From: Myxococcales bacterium
GTDB lineage: Bacteria > Myxococcota_A > Polyangia > Polyangiales > JADJMO01
Assembly (NCBI GenBank): GCA_016794445.1
Contig: JAEUKC010000023.1
Location: forward strand, 1 to 64,000
Direction: 5' to 3'
Length of the DNA stretch: 64,000 nt
Positions 32,376 to 41,365 of this stretch are shown here, piece after piece; within the stretch, counting starts at the first letter, position 1; each line of letters starts with the position of its first letter. A program made the translations under genes and the position numbers. The notes under the pieces are model-generated. The model had not been told where the DNA came from, did no database searches, and saw only the letters and a list, made by a program, of their open reading frames with translations.

Positions 32376-32868
32376 AGCACTTTCAATGGTCCTTGTTGCC
32401 TGTAGTGATCCCGTCGCGTCGGATCGCCGCGAGGCCCTCGGACCAGAGGTCAAGGGGACCCGGTCCGGGCCCACCCACCGACCCGGGCAGCCCTGCACGT
32501 ATTGCCACGATGGCTCGGAGGAGCAGGAGTTCGCGGTGGCTGGAACGGTCTACGCGACCCGCGAGGGCAAGGTGCCCGTCCAGGGGGCGCGCGTCGCCAT
32601 GAAAGACGCGACGGGAGCCACGTTCGTGGCAGAGACCAACTGCGCTGGAAATTTCTTCGTCCGACCCCAGACCTGGCGCCCAGTATTTCCATTGACCACG
32701 ACGGTCACCTACAAAGAACAGACACAGATCATGGAGAGCAAGATCCACCGAGAGGCGAGCTGTGGAGCCTGCCACGGCAAGGTCCCTTCGCCCACCTCGG
32801 CCGGTCCGATCTTCCTCTTCGACGACGTCACGCCGGTCCCGTCCGATCTGCCGGGGGGCTGCAAGTGA
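32341..32868 (+). CDS. lipoprotein with two CXXCH haem-binding motifs
   Basis: Part of ORF 32116..32868. ATG 32341 gives MASRRIGIVCTIALSMVLVAC/SD (alternatives ATG 32326 and 32335). CTYCH is at 32494-32508 and CGACH at 32761-32775. A beta-sandwich-like insert (AVAGTVYATREGKVPVQGARVAMKDATGATF) lies between them. Confidence 0.7.
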   Translation: MASRRIGIVCTIALSMVLVACSDPVASDRREALGPEVKGTRSGPTHRPGQPCTYCHDGSEEQEFAVAGTVYATREGKVPVQGARVAMKDATGATFVAETNCAGNFFVRPQTWRPVFPLTTTVTYKEQTQIMESKIHREASCGACHGKVPSPTSAGPIFLFDDVTPVPSDLPGGCK

Positions 32869-33356
32869 ACCCGGTCGCGCGACTCCTCCTCAGCGCAGGG
32901 ATGAGCGCCCTCGGCTGCAGCAGCGTGGATCAGGGCAGCGTCACCATCGCCACGCCGGACCGTGCCCAGTTCCCGCTGGTCGCGGACGCGATCGCCCCTT
33001 CGTGCGCCACGCTGGACTGCCACGGCCAGATCGGTCGCAACTTCCGGATGTACTGGCAGCGCGGCCTGCGCCTGGATCCAGCGGCACGACCGGGCGAGGG
33101 TGAGACGACCGTCGACGAATACGACATGACGTTTCGCTCCCTCGTCGCGCTCGAGCCGCTCAAGATGGACGCGGTGGTGAAGGGCACCCAGAAGGCGGAC
33201 TCCCTCACCCTCGTGCGCAAGGCCCGGGGCACCGAGGCCCACAAGGGTGGGGCCATGAATCCCGTCGGGAGCAACGCCGATCGTTGCCTCGTGAGCTGGC
33301 TGTCGGGCGCGATCGACACGGCGGCGTGCAAGGACGCCGTCACCTCACCGCCCTGA
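32865..33356 (+). CDS. lipoprotein with planctomycete-cytochrome-like module (CX4CH)
   Basis: GTG 32865 overlaps the upstream TGA (GTGA). The signal is VNPVARLLLSAGMSALGC/SS. CATLDCH lies at 33003-33023 and is followed by ...GLRLD. The later segment ...CLVSWLSGA resembles PSCyt-type domains. Confidence 0.6.
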   Translation: MNPVARLLLSAGMSALGCSSVDQGSVTIATPDRAQFPLVADAIAPSCATLDCHGQIGRNFRMYWQRGLRLDPAARPGEGETTVDEYDMTFRSLVALEPLKMDAVVKGTQKADSLTLVRKARGTEAHKGGAMNPVGSNADRCLVSWLSGAIDTAACKDAVTSPP

Positions 33357-33359
33357 CCG

Positions 33360-34463
33360 CTACGGCGCGGGGGACGGCGCGACACGCGGCGCGCGGTTCG
33401 GCAGCGCGAAGCGGAAGATCTTCGCGATCACGCTCCCCATCTGCCGGAAGAAGCCGCCGGTGTTGTACCGGTAGCCGTACTTGTCGGCGAGCGCGCGCAC
33501 CTCGGGGGCCAGCTCCGGGTACCGCGAGGCGGGCAGATCCGGGAACAGGTGGTGCTCGATCTGGTGGCTCAGGTGGCCGCTCATCACGTGGAACCAGCGG
33601 CCTCCCTCCAGGTTGGCCGAGCCCTCGAGCTGTCGCACGTACCACTGCCCGCGCGTCTCCTCGCGCGCGTCCTCCTCGCGGACCATCCGGGTCCCCTCGG
33701 GGAAGTGACCGCAGAAGATGATGGCGAACGTCCAGAGGTTGCGGATGCCGTTGGCGAGGAGGTTCCCGAGCGCGACGCGCGGCGCGTTCCACAGGGAAAG
33801 CGCCGGGAAGAACACGTAGTCCTTGAACAGCTGCTGCGCGGCCTTGCGGAGGAACGGCCGCGACCGCGCGCGGAGCTCGGCGAACGACTGCTTGCCGGCG
33901 ACGGTCTCGTCGATGCGCAGATCGTGGAGGGCGACGCCCCACTCGAAGCCGAGCGCGAGACCGAGCGCCGCGATCGGCTGCAGGAGGTGAGCCGGGTGCC
34001 AGGGCTGCTCCTCGGTCACGCGGAGGAGCCCGTAGCCGACGTCGCGGTCCTTGCCGACGATGTTGGTGAACGTGTGGTGCTCGTAGTTGTGGGAGTGCCG
34101 CCAGTGCTCTGCGGCGCACGAGGTGTCCCAGTCGTAGGCCTTGCCGTCGAGCTTCGGGTCGCGCGTCCAGTCGTACTGGCCGTGCATCACGTTGTGACCG
34201 ATCTCCATGTTCTCGAGGATCTTGGCCACGCCGAGCGAGGCGCTCCCGACCACGAAGGTCACCGGATCGACCCCGAAGTGGAGCAGTCCGCGCCCGATGG
34301 CCTCGAACGAGCGCATCGCGCGGATCACGCCGCGGATGTGGGCGACGTCGCGCGCGCCGAGGCCTTCGAGCGTCCGGGCGCGCAGGGCATCGAGCTCGCG
34401 ACCGAGGGCCTCGGCGCGATCTTCGGCGGTGGTGGGCGGAGTGTCGAGGGTGAGGGTCATCAT
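33360..34463 (-). CDS. membrane fatty-acyl desaturase (DesA3-like)
   Basis: This is the 3' part of ORF 33360..35318, starting MMTLTLD at 34463. It has three His boxes: HNVMH, HSHNYEHH, HQIEHH. Confidence 0.9.
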   Translation of the reverse strand: MMTLTLDTPPTTAEDRAEALGRELDALRARTLEGLGARDVAHIRGVIRAMRSFEAIGRGLLHFGVDPVTFVVGSASLGVAKILENMEIGHNVMHGQYDWTRDPKLDGKAYDWDTSCAAEHWRHSHNYEHHTFTNIVGKDRDVGYGLLRVTEEQPWHPAHLLQPIAALGLALGFEWGVALHDLRIDETVAGKQSFAELRARSRPFLRKAAQQLFKDYVFFPALSLWNAPRVALGNLLANGIRNLWTFAIIFCGHFPEGTRMVREEDAREETRGQWYVRQLEGSANLEGGRWFHVMSGHLSHQIEHHLFPDLPASRYPELAPEVRALADKYGYRYNTGGFFRQMGSVIAKIFRFALPNRAPRVAPSPAP

Positions 34464-34471
34464 GGGGCCTC

Positions 34472-35548
34472 CTAGAGGGCGAGGTCGAGGTCGGAGCGGG
34501 CGAGGGACGTGCAGAGGCGGATCTCCTCGTCGGGCGCGTCGGAGATCGCGCCAGTCACGAGGTCCTGGACGACCCCGCTCCGCTTGCGGCAACGGCAGGT
34601 GTGGCAGATGCCGATGCGGCAGCCGTGATCGGGTCGCTCGCCCGCCCGCTCGAGCCCCTCGAGCAGGGACTCGGCGCCCGTGACGGCGACGGTGCGGCGG
34701 GCGCGAGACAGCGTGATGCGGGCGGTCTTGCCGCTGTCTACGCGAGCGTAGGTCGGAGCGACGAAGCGCTCCTCGTGCAGGCGGTCGATGGCCCCGGCCT
34801 CGGCCCAGCGGCGCCGCAGCAGGTCCATGAGGCCGGTGGGCCCGCACAGGAAGGCCTCGCGATCGGCGAAGTCGGGGACGAGCTCGGTGAGGTCGCGCGG
34901 CGGGCCGTCGTCGAGCTGGAGCACCACCTGCAGCGACGGGTACACGGCGGCAAGCCCCTGGAGCTCCTTGGCGAAGGGGACGTCCGCGAGGGTGCGCGCG
35001 TAGTGGAGGTAGACGACGTCGGCGACGGCGCCGCGGGCGACGAGGTCGCGCAGGATGGACATGTTCGGCGTCGCCCCGCTGCCGCCGCTGACGAGGAGCA
35101 GCCGGGCCGGCACGCGCGCGGGCAGCACGTACTCGCCCTGGGCCTCGCCGAGGCGGAGGATCGCGCCGACGCCGGCGTTCTCGTGCAAGAAGCCCGAGAC
35201 GCGACCGCGCGGCACGCGCTTGACCGTGATGGAGAGGCGCGCGCCGCCGGGCGCCGAGGAGATCGAGTAGCAGCGCCGGGCGCGCACGCCGTCGATCTCC
35301 ACGTCGACCGGCACCCACTGGCCGGCGCGGTGGCCGCGGAAGCGCCCGTTGGGGGCGAGGACGAGGGTGCGGATGTCGGGGGTCTCGTCGACCACGGCCA
35401 CCACCTCGGCGAGGGTCTCGGAGAGCGAGAAGGTCGGGGCGACCTCGTGGAGCCAGAACTCGAGGGGCTCGGCCACCACCCTCTGTGCGAGGTCACGAGC
35501 GAACGCGACGAGGCCTCCGCCCGCGAGGGGCGGCGAGACGACGGACAT
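34472..35548 (-). CDS. ferredoxin-NADP-type oxidoreductase with C-terminal 2Fe-2S domain (desaturase electron donor)
   Basis: Part of ORF 34472..35572. ATG 35548 has GGAGG 5 nt upstream. It has the FAD motif RCYSIS, the NAD motif VSGGSGATP, and the 2Fe-2S Cys cluster CRIGICHTCRC...LC. Confidence 0.9.
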   Translation of the reverse strand: MSVVSPPLAGGGLVAFARDLAQRVVAEPLEFWLHEVAPTFSLSETLAEVVAVVDETPDIRTLVLAPNGRFRGHRAGQWVPVDVEIDGVRARRCYSISSAPGGARLSITVKRVPRGRVSGFLHENAGVGAILRLGEAQGEYVLPARVPARLLLVSGGSGATPNMSILRDLVARGAVADVVYLHYARTLADVPFAKELQGLAAVYPSLQVVLQLDDGPPRDLTELVPDFADREAFLCGPTGLMDLLRRRWAEAGAIDRLHEERFVAPTYARVDSGKTARITLSRARRTVAVTGAESLLEGLERAGERPDHGCRIGICHTCRCRKRSGVVQDLVTGAISDAPDEEIRLCTSLARSDLDLAL

Positions 35549-35583
35549 GGGTCCTCCTTCGGGGCCGACCACCGAGTCAGCAA

Positions 35584-35604
35584 CCTACGATGCCGTAACT
35601 TACG
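35584..35604. promoter_or_regulatory. operator-like site 1 (contains palindrome CGTAAcTTACG)
   Basis: CCTACGATGCCGTAACTTACG lies 36-56 nt upstream of the reductase ATG. Its reverse complement matches site 2 at 15 of 20 positions. Confidence 0.4.
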
Positions 35605-35689
35605 ACGCGGCGGGTCATTGTCAAGGCCCGGCCCGACACAGGCTAGTTGTGGCCTCAATCTGGTGGACTCGAACCGTGACGCAACGACA

Positions 35690-35710
35690 CCGTAACCTAC
35701 GGCTGCGTAC
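35690..35710. promoter_or_regulatory. operator-like site 2 (contains palindrome CCGTAaccTACGG)
   Basis: CCGTAACCTACGGCTGCGTAC ends 5 nt before the TetR ATG 35715. It has the same TACG/CGTA half-site architecture as site 1, in inverted orientation. Confidence 0.4.
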
Positions 35711-35714
35711 TAGA

Positions 35715-36335
35715 ATGTCTCCCATGCTCGGTCGCAGCCGCCTCTCTGCCTCTGCCCGTCGCGCGCAGCTCATCGACGTCGGCCGCGCCGTGTTCGCCCG
35801 GAAGGGATACGAGGCCGCGTCGGTGGAGGAGATCGCCGACCGCGCCAAGGTCAGCAAGCCGGTGATCTACGAGCACTTCGGCGGCAAGGAGGGGCTCTAC
35901 GCCGTCGTGGTCGACCGCGAGATGGACTACGTGGTGCGGCGGATCTCGGAGTCGATCGCGACCGGCACGCCGCGCGAACGCCTCGAGCGCGCCGCGCACG
36001 CATTCCTCTCGTACGTGAAGGACCAGCCGGACGGGTTCGCCGTGCTCAGCCACGACGCCCCCTCCTCGCGTCGCGCCGGGATGACCTCGCTGCTCAACGA
36101 GATCGCCGAGCGGGTGGGCGAGCTGTTCGCGAGCTCGTTCAAGTCGGCGGGGTACGACCCGCGCGCCGCGCCCATCTACGCGCACGCCCTGATCGGGATG
36201 GTCACCTTCGTAGGGCAGTGGTGGACGAACGAGCGCAAGCCGTCGGTCGAGGACGTGGCCGGCCACATCTCGGCGCTCGCGTGGATGGGCCTGCGCCACC
36301 TGCCGAAGAGGCCGGCGCGGGTCGGCGGGCGGTAG
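35715..36335 (+). CDS. TetR family transcriptional regulator (divergent from the desaturase operon)
   Basis: Part of ORF 35349..36335. ATG is at 35715 (alternative 35724). The TetR_N HTH is RRAQLIDVGRAVFARKGYEAASVEEIADRAKVSKPVIYEHFGGKEGLY. Confidence 0.9.
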   Translation: MSPMLGRSRLSASARRAQLIDVGRAVFARKGYEAASVEEIADRAKVSKPVIYEHFGGKEGLYAVVVDREMDYVVRRISESIATGTPRERLERAAHAFLSYVKDQPDGFAVLSHDAPSSRRAGMTSLLNEIAERVGELFASSFKSAGYDPRAAPIYAHALIGMVTFVGQWWTNERKPSVEDVAGHISALAWMGLRHLPKRPARVGGR

Positions 36336-36415
36336 CTCGCTGCGGCGAGAGGCGAGGAGCGCATCCTTTTGCGAGGCTGGGTCGTCTTCCTCGAAACCCT
36401 CCTGAGGATCCACCC

Positions 36416-37036
36416 ATGCGTCTCGTCGCTCCGCTCACCCTCGCCGCGCTGCTCGCCCTCCCGTCCGTCGCTCACGCCGACGACCCGCCGGGGGTACACG
36501 AGCACGACGGCTTCTACCTGCGATTCGGCGTCGGCCCCGGCTTCGCCTTCGGTTCCAACAAGGCCGACGCGCTCAGCGCGGACGTGAGCGGCGTCGAGGT
36601 CGCGACCGAGCTCGCGGTCGGCACCACGGTGACCCGTGGGCTCGTGGTCGGGCTCGGCCAGTTCTCGATGATCGTGCCCTCGCCCCGGTACGCGGTGAAC
36701 GGGCTCGACTCGACCGCGGGCGCGCACCACATCTCGGCCGTCGGGCCCTTCGCGGACTACTACCTCGACGCACGCCGCGGGCTGCACGTCCAGGCGGGAC
36801 TCCTCTTCTCGGGGGGCTACCTCACGGGCAAGGACGGGCGCGAGTCGGGGATCGGCCTCGGCTTCGCGGGCATGCTCGGGGTCGGCTACGAGGTGTTCAT
36901 CGGCGAGCAGTGGAGCCTCGGGCCGCTGCTCCGGCTCACCTACTACCGGCAGTCGGTCGAGGGCTCGGACTCGAAGGCGACGTCGACCCTGTCGCTCCTG
37001 GCCCCGACGTTGTTGCTCGGCGTGACCTACCACTGA
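36416..37036 (+). CDS. outer-membrane beta-barrel-like protein
   Basis: ATG 36416 is in frame with ORF 36218..37036. The signal peptide is MRLVAPLTLAALLALPSVAHA/DD. It has Gly/aromatic-rich beta strands and ends LLLGVTYH. Confidence 0.75.
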   Translation: MRLVAPLTLAALLALPSVAHADDPPGVHEHDGFYLRFGVGPGFAFGSNKADALSADVSGVEVATELAVGTTVTRGLVVGLGQFSMIVPSPRYAVNGLDSTAGAHHISAVGPFADYYLDARRGLHVQAGLLFSGGYLTGKDGRESGIGLGFAGMLGVGYEVFIGEQWSLGPLLRLTYYRQSVEGSDSKATSTLSLLAPTLLLGVTYH

Positions 37037-37043
37037 AGGGGGG

Positions 37044-38231
<1,188 letters not shown>

Positions 38232-38332
38232 GGGGCGGGAGCCTAGCCCCGCGCGCGGCGGGCTTGCCATGGCTCGCCGCGTCAAGCGCGAGGGGTGTGC
38301 ATCGCGGCGCGGACTCTAGTAACCGGGGGGCC

Positions 38333-39361
38333 ATGTCGAAGCCCGTGGTCCTGATCACCGGTGCAAATGGCGAAATCGGCAGGTCGCTCCTCGAGCGCCT
38401 CCACGCGGACGGGCGTTACGACGCCGTCACCGTGGACCTCACCCCGCTGCCCGAGCGCTACCGCGCGCTCTGCCGCGAGACCTACGCCGGCAACATCATG
38501 GACCGCTACCTGCTCGACCAGGTGGCGGCGCACCACGAGATCGAGGTCGTGTTCCACCTCGCGGCGCTGCTCTCCACGCGTGGTGAGCGCGACCCGGAGC
38601 TCGCCCACCAGGTGAACGTCGAGGGCACCCTCCACCTCTTGCGCGTGGCCAACAACCAGTCGCAGCGGCTCGGCCGCGCGGTGCGGTTCGTGTTCCCGAG
38701 CTCGATCGCGATCTACGGGCTGCCCGACGTGGCCGCCAAGGCGAAGGCCGGGCGCGTGGGCGAGGAGGAGTGGAACGTCCCCATCACGATGTACGGGTGC
38801 AACAAGCTCTACTGCGAGCACCTCGGCCGGTACTTCACCCGCCACTTCCGGCAGATGGGCGCGCTCGCGAGCGCGAGCCGGCTCGACTTCCGCGCCATCC
38901 GGTTCCCCGGCCTCATCTCGGCCGAGACGGTACCGACGGGCGGCACGAGCGACTTCGGCCCCGAGATGCTGCACGCCGCCGCGCAGGGCAAGCCCTACAA
39001 GTGCTTCGTGGGGCCCGAGGCCAAGATCCCGTTCATGGCGATGCCCGACGCGGTCGAGTCGATGCTCCTCTTGCTCGAGGCCGACCGCGAGCGCCTCACC
39101 GACACGGTCTACAACGTCGGCGCGTTCAGCGTCTCGGCCGGTGACATCGCCGCGCGGGTCAAGAAGCTCTTCCCCGCGGCGGACATCACCTACGAGCCCG
39201 ACCCCGTGCGCGCACGCATCGTCGACAGCTGGCCCGAGGACGTGGACGACACGCGCGCCCGCAAGGACTGGGACTGGAAGCCGGCCTACGACTTCGATCG
39301 CGCGATGGACGAGTACCTGATGCCGGGCATCCGGCGCAGGTATGCTCCCGACAGTCCGTGA
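38333..39361 (+). CDS. tdh: L-threonine 3-dehydrogenase, SDR/epimerase-type
   Basis: ATG 38333 is in frame with ORF 38264..39361. It has the Rossmann motif ITGANGEIG and catalytic YGCNK (YxxxK). It is divergently paired with kbl, the classic threonine-to-glycine pathway pair. Confidence 0.85.
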   Translation: MSKPVVLITGANGEIGRSLLERLHADGRYDAVTVDLTPLPERYRALCRETYAGNIMDRYLLDQVAAHHEIEVVFHLAALLSTRGERDPELAHQVNVEGTLHLLRVANNQSQRLGRAVRFVFPSSIAIYGLPDVAAKAKAGRVGEEEWNVPITMYGCNKLYCEHLGRYFTRHFRQMGALASASRLDFRAIRFPGLISAETVPTGGTSDFGPEMLHAAAQGKPYKCFVGPEAKIPFMAMPDAVESMLLLLEADRERLTDTVYNVGAFSVSAGDIAARVKKLFPAADITYEPDPVRARIVDSWPEDVDDTRARKDWDWKPAYDFDRAMDEYLMPGIRRRYAPDSP

Positions 39362-40137
39362 AACGCCTCGCCGCTGCGCTGTTCGTGCTCGCCCTGTCCA
39401 GCCCCGCGCGGGCGGGCGACGCGGAGGCGTGCGCGCAGGCCAGCGAGAAGGGGCAGCTGTTGAAGCTGCAGGGCAAGCTCGCCGAGGCCCGCAAGGAGTT
39501 CCTCGCGTGTTTCGTCGACGCGTGCCCGGGCGTCGTGCGGAAGGACTGCGCGCAGTTCCTCGAGGCGCTCGAGGCCACGCAGCCCACGATCGTGCTCGCT
39601 GCGCGCGAGCCGGGTGGGAACGATCTGGTCGACGTGCAGGTCACGCTCGACGGCGCTCCGTTCGCCGGCAAGCTGGACGGCAAGGCCGTGCGCGTCGACC
39701 CGGGGCCGCACGTGCTGGTGTTCCGCAGCAAGGGGCGCGTCGAGGCGCGGCTCGAGGTGCTGGTGAAGGAGGGCGAGAAGAGCCGCGTGGTGGAGGCCAC
39801 GCTGCCGCTGGTCCCGAGCGAAGCGCCGCGCATCACGCCGGTGCGCACGACGCCGGTGCTCGGGTGGATCGCCGGCGGGGTCGCGGTGCTGGCGCTCGGC
39901 GGGTTCGTCGGGTTCGGGCTCTCGGCGAGGAGCGACGTGCACGCCATGCAGGACACGTGCGGCACCCGGTGCCCACCGGACGACGTGGACCGCGCGCGGC
40001 GCAAGGCGCTGATCGCGGACGTGTCGCTCGGCCTCGCGCTCGTGGCGACCGGGGTGTCGATCTTCGGGTTCGTGCGGCGTGGGGGGAGTGAGCCGACCGT
40101 CGCGGTGGGGCCCGGGTCGCTGAGCGTGCGTTTCTGA
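39358..40137 (+). CDS. secreted Cys-containing protein with C-terminal TM segments
   Basis: GTG 39358 overlaps the tdh TGA (GTGA). The signal is MKRLAAALFVLALSSPARA/GD. The N-terminal region is similar in style to the PEGA protein at 9932. It has two hydrophobic helices near the C-terminus. Confidence 0.7.
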   Translation: MKRLAAALFVLALSSPARAGDAEACAQASEKGQLLKLQGKLAEARKEFLACFVDACPGVVRKDCAQFLEALEATQPTIVLAAREPGGNDLVDVQVTLDGAPFAGKLDGKAVRVDPGPHVLVFRSKGRVEARLEVLVKEGEKSRVVEATLPLVPSEAPRITPVRTTPVLGWIAGGVAVLALGGFVGFGLSARSDVHAMQDTCGTRCPPDDVDRARRKALIADVSLGLALVATGVSIFGFVRRGGSEPTVAVGPGSLSVRF

Positions 40138-40150
40138 GTAGACTCCCCCC

Positions 40151-41365
40151 ATGCCCCCTGCGTCGGTCGCGAGCGCTGCCGTCTCGATCACGAGCCACCT
40201 GCTGGACGCCGCGACGCGCAGCCGCGGGCTCGGTGAGACGCTGACGAGCCTCGCGGCGCGACTGCAGGAGGTGGGCGTCCCGGTCCGACGCATGCGCACG
40301 AGCGTGACGACCAAGCACCCCGAGCTGTTCGTGCTGGCGGTCATGTGGCACGCCGAGCGCGGGACCGAGGTGCGCGACGGCAAGCGCGAGCTGCTCTCGA
40401 CGCCCACGTTCCTCGAGAGCCCAGTCGCCGAGGTGCGCGCGGGAGCACCCCGGATCCGCTGTCGGCTGACGGGCCCCGACGCCGACCTCTCGTACGCCAT
40501 CGCGCGCGAGCTCGCGGCGGACGGGTTGACCGACTACGTGGTGCACCCGCTGATCTTCGGCACCGGCGAGCGCACGTACTTCTCGTTCGCGACCGACGCG
40601 CCCGAGGGGTTCTCGGACGATCACCTCGCGCTCTTCGAGGCGCTCCTACCGGTGCTGAGCGTGCGCGTGGAGCTGGAGTCGACGGGCTACGCGCTCTCGA
40701 GCCTCCTGCAGGTCTACCTGGGCCACAACGCGGCTTCGCGGGTGCTCGAGGGCGCCTTCCTGCGCGGCACCGGACAGCCGATCCACGCCGCGGTGTGGTT
40801 CTGCGACATGCGGGGGTTCACCACGCTCGCCGACCGGCTGCCGGCCGCGGAGGTGGTCACGATCCTCGACCGGTTCTTCGAGAGCGTGGCGGGGCCGATC
40901 GCGCCGCACGGGGGCGAGGTGCTCAAGTTCATCGGCGACGCCGTGCTGGCGATCTTCCCGGTGCAGGCCGATGGCGCCGGCGCGGCGTGCGAGCGCGCGC
41001 TCGCCGCGGCCCACGCGGCCGTGGCCGGGGTCGCGGCCCAGAACGCCGCGGGCACGACGCCGACCGTGGACCTCGGGATCGGGCTGCACGTGGGCGAGGT
41101 GATGTACGGCAACATCGGCGCGCCGAACCGGCTCGATTTCACGGTGATCGGGGCGGTGGTCAACGAGGTGTGTCGCGTCGAGTCGCTGTGTCGCGCGCTC
41201 GCGAGCCCGATCCTGATGACGTCCGCGTTCGCGGCGCTCTGCGACCGCGGCCGCGTGGAGAGCCGGGGGGTCCACGCGCTCAAGGGTGTGTCGGCGCCGC
41301 AGGAGATCTTCGCGCCAGCGGCGCGAGCGTCGTCAGCCGCAGGCGCGCAGCCAGGGGTTGGCTGA
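40151..41365 (+). CDS. class III adenylate/guanylate cyclase with N-terminal sensor domain
   Basis: The cyclase core is VWFCDMRGFTTLADRL...GGEVLKFIGDAVLAIFP...GLHVGEVMYGNIGAPNRLDFTVIGAVVNEVCR. Confidence 0.9.
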   Translation: MPPASVASAAVSITSHLLDAATRSRGLGETLTSLAARLQEVGVPVRRMRTSVTTKHPELFVLAVMWHAERGTEVRDGKRELLSTPTFLESPVAEVRAGAPRIRCRLTGPDADLSYAIARELAADGLTDYVVHPLIFGTGERTYFSFATDAPEGFSDDHLALFEALLPVLSVRVELESTGYALSSLLQVYLGHNAASRVLEGAFLRGTGQPIHAAVWFCDMRGFTTLADRLPAAEVVTILDRFFESVAGPIAPHGGEVLKFIGDAVLAIFPVQADGAGAACERALAAAHAAVAGVAAQNAAGTTPTVDLGIGLHVGEVMYGNIGAPNRLDFTVIGAVVNEVCRVESLCRALASPILMTSAFAALCDRGRVESRGVHALKGVSAPQEIFAPAARASSAAGAQPGVG

